A DNA stretch of 52,359 nucleotides from a bacterium (GTDB lineage Bacteria; Krumholzibacteriota; Krumholzibacteriia; LZORAL124-64-63), in NCBI GenBank assembly GCA_018829565.1, contig JAHJTW010000022.1:1-52359 (forward strand), in the 5' to 3' direction. Position numbers and translations under genes: made by a program. The notes under the pieces are model-generated. The model was not told the origin of the DNA. It made no database searches and was given only the letters and a program-made list of their open reading frames with translations. Positions 8,655 to 17,472 of this stretch are shown one piece after another. How positions within the stretch are numbered: the first letter of the stretch is position 1; each line of letters starts with the position of its first letter.

Positions 8655-10151
8655 CTACTCATCCCGAGCAGCCCCGCGGTCAGCGGCGACCGCGTCGAAC
8701 GTGCGACCGTCCCCGTCGAGCGTGGCCTTCTGGCCGGTGGCCTCCTGCCACCGCATCACGATCACGTCCGTGTAGGCGGGGTCGAGTTCCATGAGGAAGG
8801 CATGCCGTCCGGTCTGATCGGCACCCATCAGGGTCGACCCACTGCCGCCGAACAGGTCGAGCACGTTCTGGCCGGGCTTCGACGAGTACTGAATGGCGCG
8901 CACGGCCAGCTCGACCGGCTTCTCGGTCAGATGGACCATGCTCTGCGGGTTGACCTTCTTGACCGCCCAGACGTCGACGGCGTTGGTCGGGCCGTAGAAG
9001 TTGTGGCCCGCTCCTTCGCGCCAACCGTAGAACGCCCATTCGTGATTACCCATGAAGTCCTTGCGGGTGAGCACGGGGTGCTCCTTCACCCAGATGACCG
9101 CCTGGCTGAAGTACAGGCCGCAGGCCTTCAGCACCGGAGGGTAGTTGGCGCAGTTGGCGTAACCGCCCCAGATGTAGAACGAGTGCCCGGGCTGGAGCAC
9201 GCGGGCGATGTTCCCGAACCACGCCAAGAGCATCTCGTCGAAGGCCTCGTCCGAGACGAAGTCGTTGGCCAGGGGGCGGTCCTTGGGGCGCATCTTCCCG
9301 GTGGGCTTGGACTTGGTCTTGTGCCGCGCGAGGTCGAACCCCTGGTGGTGCATGCCCTTGGCGTCGGAGGCCTCGACCGCGCTCTTGGTGGACGGCGGGA
9401 AGCTGGACAGGCCGGCGGCGATGGCGTTGTTGGAGCGCGGCTCGACCTTCACGTTGTAGGGCGGGTCGGTGTTCACGAGGTGGATCTTCTGGCCGCCGAG
9501 CAGCCGATCGACCGATGCGGGATCGCAGCTGTCGCCGCACAGAAGGCGGTGGTTGCCCAGGACCCACAGGTCGCCCTGCCGGCTGGTGGGCTCCTCGGGA
9601 GGCTCCGGGGCGGGGGCATCTTCGACGGTCTCGTCGTCGAGGAGATCGTGCAACTCGTCCAGATCGAAGCCAGTCAGCTCGAGGTTGAAGTCGAGGTCCT
9701 CGAGGGCCTTCAGTTCCTCGGCGAGCAGGTCCTCGTCCCAGCCTGCATCGAGGGCAAGGCGGTTGTCGGCGATGACGTAGGCCCGCTTCTGGGCCTCGGT
9801 CAGGTGGGTGAGCTCGATCACCGGGACCGTGGTCATGCCCAGCTCGCGGGCGGCCAGGAGCCGGCCATGGCCCGCGATGATGCCGGCCTCGCCGTCGACC
9901 AGGATCGGGTTGGTCCAGCCGAACTCGAGCAGGCTGGCGGCGATCTTGGTGATCTGCTCGGGGCTGTGCGTGCGCGGGTTCCGCTCGTAGGGGCGGAGCC
10001 GGTCGATGTTCCAGTGTTCCAGTTTCCCGGGCAGGATCACGGGAGACTCGGATCGCGCGGAATCGCCCCTAGGAGCCGTTTCGGGCGCGTTTGAAGACTT
10101 TTCGGACTTCTCGGAACTGGAACAATTGGTGTCGGTGGAAACTTGTTTCAT
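8655..10151 (-). CDS. ParB-like N-terminal domain fused to N6/N4 DNA methyltransferase
   Basis: ParB-N LRPYERNPRTH..FGWTNPIL..IIAGHGRL.AA; MTase DPPY, HLTEKPVEL, VLDLFGGSGSTL. Confidence 0.92.
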   Translation of the reverse strand: MKQVSTDTNCSSSEKSEKSSNAPETAPRGDSARSESPVILPGKLEHWNIDRLRPYERNPRTHSPEQITKIAASLLEFGWTNPILVDGEAGIIAGHGRLLAARELGMTTVPVIELTHLTEAQKRAYVIADNRLALDAGWDEDLLAEELKALEDLDFNLELTGFDLDELHDLLDDETVEDAPAPEPPEEPTSRQGDLWVLGNHRLLCGDSCDPASVDRLLGGQKIHLVNTDPPYNVKVEPRSNNAIAAGLSSFPPSTKSAVEASDAKGMHHQGFDLARHKTKSKPTGKMRPKDRPLANDFVSDEAFDEMLLAWFGNIARVLQPGHSFYIWGGYANCANYPPVLKACGLYFSQAVIWVKEHPVLTRKDFMGNHEWAFYGWREGAGHNFYGPTNAVDVWAVKKVNPQSMVHLTEKPVELAVRAIQYSSKPGQNVLDLFGGSGSTLMGADQTGRHAFLMELDPAYTDVIVMRWQEATGQKATLDGDGRTFDAVAADRGAARDE

Positions 10152-10166
10152 GACTCTCCCACGCTA

Positions 10167-10215
10167 CGAAAGCCGAGGTCGCCGGCACCCGCGGCTGATA
10201 GCCCCGGAAGTACCT
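10167..10215 (-). other. Candidate lambda-like cos site (cosQ-cosN-like)
   Basis: Minus strand AGGTACTTCC...TGCCGGCGACCTCGGCTTTCG, compared with recalled lambda GGGTCCTTTCC...GGGCGGCGACCTCGCGGGTTTTCG; lies upstream of the MTase-terS-terL operon. Confidence 0.6.
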
Positions 10216-10279
10216 ACGGCATCGTCAGTTATGATTTGGTGACTTCGCGGGGGCGAAGCCGCATGCGAAACACTCGGGT

Positions 10280-10945
10280 TCACAGGCCTCTTCCTTTCGA
10301 CCTCGCGATGGCGTTCAGCACTTCCTTCTCCATCTCCTCACGGAACCAGCGGTCGGACTCCTTCTTGGCGGTCTCGACGAACCGGAGCCGCGGTTTGAGC
10401 TTCTTGCCGCTAGTGAAGGCGTAGACTAGGCGCGAGGCTCCGGGTCCCGTGCGCTGGAAGATGCCGACCTCGGGTACGAGGTAGGTCTTGGTGCGCGTGA
10501 CCCCGACACGGCGACGGCCGGTCTTGGTGAGATCGAAGCGGAGACGGCGGACGCGCAGCTCGGGCGGGACGGGCTGCGTGAACCGCGGGCGGGCGGGTCC
10601 GCCGACCACAGGCTCGGCCACACGCCTGGCCCCCTGCGTGAACGGTTTGCGTTCGGCTCCGCGCTCGAACGCAGAGAGCAGCAGACGAGGCTTCTGCCCG
10701 ACACCGATCTCGGCGTACGGCCTGCCCTGCTTCACGTTGGCAAACGGCTTGATGACAGCGGCCTGGCGGCGGATGAACTCCTTCTTGCGGATCGTGAACT
10801 CTTCCTCGACGCGCCGACGTTCGACAGCCTGGATCCGCTTGGCCGTGTTGTTGATGGCGTTGACGACGGCGTAGGCTAGACGGCGCTGGCCATTCTGCAG
10901 ACGCAAGACCAGGGGAGCGGAGTCGATCTGCAGGTCGATCCTCAT
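10280..10945 (-). CDS. Basic phage protein, lambda gpZ (tail completion)-like
   Basis: Start re-called at ATG 10945; A.VNAINNTAKR..., basic composition, ends F..EM.KEVLNAIARSK. Confidence 0.55.
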   Translation of the reverse strand: MRIDLQIDSAPLVLRLQNGQRRLAYAVVNAINNTAKRIQAVERRRVEEEFTIRKKEFIRRQAAVIKPFANVKQGRPYAEIGVGQKPRLLLSAFERGAERKPFTQGARRVAEPVVGGPARPRFTQPVPPELRVRRLRFDLTKTGRRRVGVTRTKTYLVPEVGIFQRTGPGASRLVYAFTSGKKLKPRLRFVETAKKESDRWFREEMEKEVLNAIARSKGRGL

Positions 10946-11250
10946 CGCGGGCCTCCGGAGTCGCCTTCGGGCTGCGTGATCTGCCGGCTGTGTTGGTAGA
11001 TGGCCTCGAGGGTTAGTCGGCCTCGGGACATCTCGACGAGGGCCATGGCGCGGGCCGGACGGGGCGTGTGGCCCTGGAGCCATTCATAGACAGCCTGGTT
11101 TGTGACGCGCAGGGTGGGGTCGTGGGCCAGGCCGGCGACGATGCGGGGCACGCCGAAATCGGCCACCCAGCGGCCGAACTCGGTCTCCCAGCGATCGGGG
11201 ACGCGCTTGAACCTGCCTCGTTCAAGCGCTTCGTTACGGAACATCGTCAC
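10942..11250 (-). CDS. Cro-like HTH DNA-binding protein
   Basis: RVTNQAVYEWLQGHTPRPARAMALVEMS..RLTLEAIY pattern; stop overlaps the next ATG. Confidence 0.55.
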   Translation of the reverse strand: MTMFRNEALERGRFKRVPDRWETEFGRWVADFGVPRIVAGLAHDPTLRVTNQAVYEWLQGHTPRPARAMALVEMSRGRLTLEAIYQHSRQITQPEGDSGGPR

Positions 11251-11388
11251 TCCCGGGGTGGACCTCAGGTCCGCCTACAGCGGATAGAATGCTTCCTTTG
11301 GTTATCTACCCGGGGGATGGTCGATGTGTCGGAGTGGGACTTCGCGATGTGAACGTCGTTCTGGGTGAGCACTGCTACCGATCGCTGT

Positions 11389-11994
11389 TTACCGCGCGGC
11401 AGCTCTCGCTTTAGCCGCATCTCGAAGGATCTCGAGTGCTTCGCGTATCACATAGAGACCGATTCCAAAGCCAACCACAAGATCGGGATAACGCGAGCCG
11501 GTCATGAATACCAGAAGCGACGCGACCAGTACGGCCAAGTTGGCAACGACATCAGCGCGCGTGAAGATCCAGGTAGCTCGAAGATGGACCTCGCCGTTGC
11601 GGTGCTTGGAGAGCAATCGAAGGACGATGGTGTTCACGATGAGGGCTGGTGTTGCCAGGATCGCCATGATCAGGCTTTCGGGCTCGCTGCCCGTGATGGC
11701 TCGGCCAACGATGGCTAAGCAGGCACCGATGCCGAGCAGGAGAAGGATAGTACCGCTGGCCGTTGCCGCACGAGCCTTAAATAGCGACCCACGGCTCACG
11801 GCAGCGATGGCGATCCCATAGGCAGACGCGTCGGCGAGCATATCGAGAGAATCCGCGATGAGCCCGGAAGATTCCCCGATGACCCCGCCGATCAACTCGA
11901 CTACGAACATCGTCGCATTCAACGCGAGGGCGAGCCTGAGGGTCCGACCCGCCTCGACCGATGTCACTTCTGCTGTGCACCCACAGTCACTCAT
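11389..11994 (-). CDS. Short cation diffusion facilitator (CDF) transporter lacking the C-terminal domain
   Basis: SGLIADSLDMLADASAYG, HLRATWIFTRADV..N, D..VG..I; six hydrophobic segments. Confidence 0.88.
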   Translation of the reverse strand: MSDCGCTAEVTSVEAGRTLRLALALNATMFVVELIGGVIGESSGLIADSLDMLADASAYGIAIAAVSRGSLFKARAATASGTILLLLGIGACLAIVGRAITGSEPESLIMAILATPALIVNTIVLRLLSKHRNGEVHLRATWIFTRADVVANLAVLVASLLVFMTGSRYPDLVVGFGIGLYVIREALEILRDAAKARAAAR

Positions 11995-12065
11995 TGATCC
12001 CACTCCTTGTGGGGATAGTGGTTCGAATCAAGAGGCTGCCGTGCTCGGATAATGGACGGCCGGGC

Positions 12066-12983
12066 CTACGACGTAGAATTGCCGCACGGTCCGCTTCTAT
12101 CCAAACAACTTCCCTGCGGCTCGAATTCGAGGGTGGTATGAGAGATCTCGAATTCTTCGCGAAGTAGTTTCTTCAGGGTTCCTTTGATTGTCTCTGAATC
12201 CTCAAAGCCGACCATCGAAACGACATGGGCTTCGAGCGCGCGATTGTGTTCATCTATCTGCCACACGTGGACGTGGTGGACTCCATGGACGCCGGAAACG
12301 TTGGCCATTCGTGCGGTAAGCCGGTCGAGGTCGACCCCGACCGGGACGCTGTCCATCAGGATGCGGACCGACTCTGCCATCAGCTTATATCCCTGAAACA
12401 GGATGTAGCCGGCCAGGAGCAGGGTGGCAATGAGATCAGCGACGTACCATTGAAACACCAGCACGAGGATGCCGACGCAGATGACGACGAGCGATCCGAG
12501 GGCGTCCGCGACGTTGTGGACGAAGGCGGCCTTGATGTTGATGTTCTCTTTGGCCATCGAGAAGGTCATCAGGGCAGTGGCGAGATCCACGACAAGAGCG
12601 AAGCTCGCGACGATGACAACGATCCACCCGTCGATGGGCTCGGGCTGCAGGAAGCGGGCGACCGCTTCATAGACGAGGTAAAGGCCGACAATGATCAGTG
12701 TCGTCGTGTTGATCAGGGCACCGATCACCTCGGCTTTCCGGTAGCCGAAGGTGCGAACCTTGTCTGCCGGCCGACGCGCAATTCGACGCGCAATCAGAGC
12801 GATACCAAGAGACGCGGCGTCGTTCAGGTTGTGCAAGGCGTCCGCCACCAGGGACAGGCTGCCCGAGATGACCCCGCCGACCACCTGGGCGCCGGTCAGC
12901 AGGACGTTGACAACGATGGCGGCAAGCAGTCGACGGTCTCCGGTCTGTTCAGGGTCCGGGTGATGCGAATGTCCGTGTCCCAT
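12066..12983 (-). CDS. czcD: CDF family Co/Zn/Cd efflux transporter
   Basis: His-rich N-terminus, SLSLVADALHNLND, TFGYRKAEV.GALIN, NIKAAFVHNVADALGS, VHHVHVWQ. Confidence 0.93.
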   Translation of the reverse strand: MGHGHSHHPDPEQTGDRRLLAAIVVNVLLTGAQVVGGVISGSLSLVADALHNLNDAASLGIALIARRIARRPADKVRTFGYRKAEVIGALINTTTLIIVGLYLVYEAVARFLQPEPIDGWIVVIVASFALVVDLATALMTFSMAKENINIKAAFVHNVADALGSLVVICVGILVLVFQWYVADLIATLLLAGYILFQGYKLMAESVRILMDSVPVGVDLDRLTARMANVSGVHGVHHVHVWQIDEHNRALEAHVVSMVGFEDSETIKGTLKKLLREEFEISHTTLEFEPQGSCLDRSGPCGNSTS

Positions 12984-13013
12984 GGTGGCGGCCCTTTCTC
13001 GTCGCGGACGGTC

Positions 13014-13352
13014 TCACACGGCAGCTTCACCGGTCTCGCCGGTGCTGATACGAACCGCGTGCGAAATGTCCGTGACGTAAATCTTCCCATCCCCCTTCAA
13101 ACCGGTGTGTGCCGCCTGCTCGATTGCTGCCATGATGTCCGCGGCGAGGTCATCCCGGCAGAATACCTCGATCTTCACGCCTTTTCGATAGCTGAACGTT
13201 TCGGAGTCGGACGCGTGTTCCGTGCCGGCCCAGCCCGCACCAAAGCCGCGGCAGTCCACGATGCTCATCCCCGTCACCCCCTCGATGCGATGGAGCGCCG
13301 AGGTAACGTCCGCCAGCTTGTGCGTCTGGATGTAGGCTTTGATCTCCTTCAT
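13014..13352 (-). CDS. P-II family (GlnB-like) signalling protein associated with metal efflux
   Basis: MKEIKAYI...V..AL..I.GVTGM....GFG; KIEV; TG..GDGKIYV.DI..AVRI.TGE.G..AV. Confidence 0.88.
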   Translation of the reverse strand: MKEIKAYIQTHKLADVTSALHRIEGVTGMSIVDCRGFGAGWAGTEHASDSETFSYRKGVKIEVFCRDDLAADIMAAIEQAAHTGLKGDGKIYVTDISHAVRISTGETGEAAV

Positions 13353-13371
13353 GACTGCTCTCCTTCATGGC

Positions 13372-16300
13372 TTAGACCTCGTGCTCAACCTTGACCGCAA
13401 ACCACTTGTAGAAGGCGGGGATCACGAGCAGGGTGAGAATCGTGGATGTTACCAGGCCTCCGACGACAACGGTGGCCAGCGGACGCTGGACCTCGCTGCC
13501 GGTTCCGTGCGAGAAGAGCAGCGGAAACAGACCGAGCGCCGTGGTGATTGCGGTCATCAGGACCGGGCGCAGGCGCTGGCACGCGCCCTGGATGGAGGCC
13601 TCGGCGACGGGTAGCCCGTCGCGCAGCAGCTGGTTGAGGTAGGTCACCAGCACCATGCCGTTCTCCAGGGCGATGCCGAACAGGGCGATGAAGCCTACTG
13701 ATGCCGGGACCGAAAGGTTTTGGCCCGTCAGCCACAGCGCGACCACGCCGCCGACCAGGGCCAGCGGGATGTTCAGCAGGATCAGGATGGAGTTGCGGAT
13801 CGAACCGAAGTTGCCGAACAGCAGGAGGAAGACCAACAACAGCGTCGCCGGAATAACCACGGCGAAGCGGCGGTTCGCTTCCTGCTGCAGGCGGAACTGT
13901 CCGCCCCAGGTCACGAGGTAACCCGGCGGCAGTTCGACCGAGGCATCGATCGCGTCCTGTGCGTCGGCGACGAACGAGCCGATGTCGCGATCGACGACGT
14001 TGCACTGCACGGAGATGAACCGCTGGTTGTCCTCGCGGGTGATCTGCCGGGGTCCGACGATCTCCTCGATGGAGGCCAGTTGGTCCAGCGGCACCCGGGC
14101 CCCGTCCGGGGCGGTGATGAGGATGTGGCCGATGCTCTCGGCGGTCTGGCGAGCCTCGGGGACGAAACGGACCAGGATGTCGAAGCGACGGATCCCCTCG
14201 TAGATCTGTCCGGCGACCTCGCCGCCCACCGCGGCCCGGATGACTCCCTGGACCTCGTCGACGTTGATCCCGTAGCGGGCGATCGCCTTCCGGTCGATAC
14301 GCAGGAGCAGCTGGGGAGCGCCGCTGACCTGGTCGACCTGGACGTCGGCGGCGCCGGGAACGGAGCCGACGACGGCCGCGATCTCCGCCGCGCGTTCCTT
14401 GAGGACGTCGAGATCGTCGCCGAAGATCTTCACGGCGAGCTCGGCGCGGACGCCCTCCAGGAGTTCATCCACCGTCATCTCGATGGGTTGGGTCAGGTTG
14501 ACCAGGACGCCGGGCACGTTGCCGACCTCGTCGCGGATGACGTCCTCGATGGCTTCCTGGCCTCCGGCGACGCGCCACTCGGATTCAGGACGGAGGATCA
14601 CGTACATCTCGGCGCTGTTGATGGGATCGGTGTGTGCCCCGACCTCACCGCGGCCGATGCGGGTAACGACCTCCCGGACCTCGGGAATCGCCATCAGGCG
14701 CCGCTCGACGATCTGCGCCGTCCGCTGGCTCTCGGTCAGCGAGATCGAGGGCGCCATCGTCAGACGGGCGACGATGGTCCCCTCGCGCAGCTTGGGCGTG
14801 AACTCCGAACCGAGGCGAGGAACCACCGCTGCGCCGGCCACCATCAGAACCACCGCGATTGCGATGGCCGCCCAGCTACGGCGGACGAAGAACTGGACGA
14901 CGGGCCGATACGGTTTCAAGAGCCAGCGTACCACCAGGGCTTCACCGTCACCGTCGGAGTCATCTCGCCGGCGGACCCGCATCAGGAGGCTGCTCAGGGT
15001 CGGCGCCAAAAGCAGGGCGAAGATGAGCGATCCCAGCATGGCCATGGTCACGGTGTAGGCCAGCGGCCGGAAGGTTTTCCCTTCGACGCCCTGGAGCGTG
15101 AACAGGGGCACGAAGACGAGAATGATGATGGTGATAGCGAACAGGATGGGACGGCCGACCTCCGCGCAGGCGAGCGAGATGGTCCGCAGACGGGTCATGT
15201 CCGGCGGTGCGATCCGCAACCGGCGGTCGATGTTCTCCACCATGACGATGGTACCGTCGACCATCATCCCGATTGCGATCGCCAGGCCGCCGAGCGACAT
15301 GAGGTTGGCCGAGACGCCGAAGCGTTCCATCAGCAGGAACGCAAAGAGCACCGAGAACGGCAGCGAGAGGGCGACCACGATGCTCGGGCGCAGACCGCCC
15401 ATGAAGACAAGCAGGACGATCGTCACCAAAATGACACCCTGCAATAGCGCGTTGATCACGGTCTTGACGGCGGCCTCGACGAGCGATTTCTGCTCGTAGT
15501 AGGGAACGATGCGCACCCCATCGGGCAGGATCTTGTTGATCTCCTCGAGCTTGGACTCGACACGGCCGATCACGGTGGACGAGTTGGCGCCGAATAGCTT
15601 GACCACCTGTCCGGAAACCACCTCTCCGGTGCCGTTGCGGGTCTGCAGTCCGCGACGAATCGCGCCGCCGGATCCGATCTCCGCAAGATCGGACAGGAAG
15701 ATGGAGGTCCCGTCGACGGTCTTGACGACGATCGAGCTGAGATCCTCCATGCCGGTCGCCAGCCCGACGGAACGGACGATGAACTCTTCGGAGTTCTTCT
15801 CGATGAACTGCGCGCCGACGTTGAGGTTGTTCGATCGCACGCAAGCGATCACATCGTCCAGGGTGACGTCGTAGCGCAGGAGCTGCTCGGGTCGAATCCT
15901 GATCTGATACTGTTTCTCGAAGCCCCCGATGCCGAGAACCTCGGTAACCCCGGGCACGGTCTGCAGGTGGAACTTGATCAGCCAGTCCTGGATCGTGCGC
16001 AGATCCTCCAGCGAGTACTCGCCGGTCGTGTCTTCCAGGTAGTAGAAGAGGACGAGCCCCATGCCGGTGGAGATCGGGCCCATCTGGGGGTCGCCGAATC
16101 CTTCGGGGATCTGTTCTCGGGCTTCTTGCAGTCGCTCGCCGACGAGTTGCCGGGCGAAGTAGATGTCCACATCGTCGCGGAAGTAGACGTTGACCACCGA
16201 CAGTCCGAAGTTGGATACCGATCGGACCTTGGCGGTGCCCGGCAGACCGGTCATGGCGGCTTCGACGGGGAAGGTGACGTACTTCTCGATCTCCTCGGGC

Positions 16301-16470
16301 GCGAGGCCCTCGGTCACCGTGAAGACCTGGACGAGGTTGGGCGAGACGTCCGGGAAGGCGTCGACCGGCAGGCGGGTGTAGCCGGCGTAGCCGGCGCCCA
16401 TCACGATCAGCGCGATGATGAGCACCAACAGGCGGTTCTTGAGGCCGAATTCGATCATTCGTTCGAGCAT
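13372..16470 (-). CDS. czcA: CusA/CzcA heavy-metal efflux RND permease
   Basis: 1032 aa; LPVDAFPDV, APEEIE..VT.PVE, NLMSLGGLAIAIGMMVDG..V.VEN, RLRPVLMTA, GSEVQRPLATVVVGG. Confidence 0.96.
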   Translation of the reverse strand: MLERMIEFGLKNRLLVLIIALIVMGAGYAGYTRLPVDAFPDVSPNLVQVFTVTEGLAPEEIEKYVTFPVEAAMTGLPGTAKVRSVSNFGLSVVNVYFRDDVDIYFARQLVGERLQEAREQIPEGFGDPQMGPISTGMGLVLFYYLEDTTGEYSLEDLRTIQDWLIKFHLQTVPGVTEVLGIGGFEKQYQIRIRPEQLLRYDVTLDDVIACVRSNNLNVGAQFIEKNSEEFIVRSVGLATGMEDLSSIVVKTVDGTSIFLSDLAEIGSGGAIRRGLQTRNGTGEVVSGQVVKLFGANSSTVIGRVESKLEEINKILPDGVRIVPYYEQKSLVEAAVKTVINALLQGVILVTIVLLVFMGGLRPSIVVALSLPFSVLFAFLLMERFGVSANLMSLGGLAIAIGMMVDGTIVMVENIDRRLRIAPPDMTRLRTISLACAEVGRPILFAITIIILVFVPLFTLQGVEGKTFRPLAYTVTMAMLGSLIFALLLAPTLSSLLMRVRRRDDSDGDGEALVVRWLLKPYRPVVQFFVRRSWAAIAIAVVLMVAGAAVVPRLGSEFTPKLREGTIVARLTMAPSISLTESQRTAQIVERRLMAIPEVREVVTRIGRGEVGAHTDPINSAEMYVILRPESEWRVAGGQEAIEDVIRDEVGNVPGVLVNLTQPIEMTVDELLEGVRAELAVKIFGDDLDVLKERAAEIAAVVGSVPGAADVQVDQVSGAPQLLLRIDRKAIARYGINVDEVQGVIRAAVGGEVAGQIYEGIRRFDILVRFVPEARQTAESIGHILITAPDGARVPLDQLASIEEIVGPRQITREDNQRFISVQCNVVDRDIGSFVADAQDAIDASVELPPGYLVTWGGQFRLQQEANRRFAVVIPATLLLVFLLLFGNFGSIRNSILILLNIPLALVGGVVALWLTGQNLSVPASVGFIALFGIALENGMVLVTYLNQLLRDGLPVAEASIQGACQRLRPVLMTAITTALGLFPLLFSHGTGSEVQRPLATVVVGGLVTSTILTLLVIPAFYKWFAVKVEHEV

Positions 16471-16484
16471 GGCGTCATCTCCAA

Positions 16485-17471
16485 TCAGTGCGCGTGACCG
16501 CCGCCGAAGGATCCCTTGCCGAGTTCCGCCTTGAGCGTGAACCCACCCTGGGATACGTAGTTTTCACCGGCTGCGAGGCCCGAGACGATCTCGAGCGTGT
16601 TCTCATCCGACCGTCCGACGGTCACGGGTCTGGGCATGAAGCCCTCCGGGGTCTGAACGAAGACGACGTCCTGATCTTCGAAGTGCTGTAGCGCCGTCCG
16701 CGGGATGGCGACGGGCACGACGAAGCTTTCGAGGAGGATTCGGGCCGTGATGAACGTGCCGGGACGCCAAGTGCCTCCCGGATTGGGCAGAATGACCCTC
16801 GCCAAGGCGGTTCTGGTTTCCTCGTCGATGACAGGAGCGACATAGGAGATCGCGCCAGTCACGGCCGGGTGGGCGTGTCCCCCGGAGATCTGGACATCCT
16901 GGCCGACTGCCACTGTGCTGATGTCCCGCTGATAGACCGTGATGTCCGCCCAGACGGAGCTGAGATCAGCGACGACGAAGGCGGCATGCTCCCGCGAGAT
17001 CGCCTCGCCAAGCGTAATGTGCTTGGCGATGACCGTGCCGGCGATGAGGGTCTTGACCTCGTAGGGAGACAGACTCTCGTCGCTTTCGATGACGGCGAGA
17101 ACCTGACCAGCCGCGACTTTGTCGCCGACTTGAGCACGCACGTCGGTCACGATGCCGGAAAAGCGTGGGACGATGTGGGCGAGCATGTTGTCGTTGGTCT
17201 GGATCTCACCGGGTAGGTCGACGCTGCTCGTGAGGGTGGCGTTGCCGGCTTCGGCGACGACGATGCCGAATTCACGCATCTCTTCGGCGCTGAGACTCAC
17301 GATCTCCTCGTGTCCTTCTTCGTCGTGCCCCTGTTCGTCGCCGTGGGCCTCGTGACCCGGTTCCTGCGCCAGAGCGGACAGTTGCGGCATCGCCAGGGAG
17401 AGGGCCAGCAGAACAAGTGCGGCCTGATTCACGAACCTGCGTTCTAGGATGGGAAAGCTCGTCGGTTTCAT
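16485..17471 (-). CDS. czcB: RND membrane fusion (periplasmic adaptor) protein
   Basis: Signal region, His-rich HEAHGDEQGHDEEGH, barrel-sandwich hybrid segment, DEETRT..AR..LPN..G.WRPG.F. Confidence 0.92.
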   Translation of the reverse strand: MKPTSFPILERRFVNQAALVLLALSLAMPQLSALAQEPGHEAHGDEQGHDEEGHEEIVSLSAEEMREFGIVVAEAGNATLTSSVDLPGEIQTNDNMLAHIVPRFSGIVTDVRAQVGDKVAAGQVLAVIESDESLSPYEVKTLIAGTVIAKHITLGEAISREHAAFVVADLSSVWADITVYQRDISTVAVGQDVQISGGHAHPAVTGAISYVAPVIDEETRTALARVILPNPGGTWRPGTFITARILLESFVVPVAIPRTALQHFEDQDVVFVQTPEGFMPRPVTVGRSDENTLEIVSGLAAGENYVSQGGFTLKAELGKGSFGGGHAH

Positions 17472-17472
17472 G

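Noticed and set aside
8085-10094. 669-aa plus-strand ORF
   Set aside because: Antisense shadow of terS and the ParB-MTase.
12010-12040. tRNA T-loop-like GGTTCGAATC (12020-12029)
   Set aside because: No cloverleaf, acceptor stem or D-arm can be built around it.
13720-15447. 575-aa plus-strand ORF
   Set aside because: Antisense shadow of czcA.
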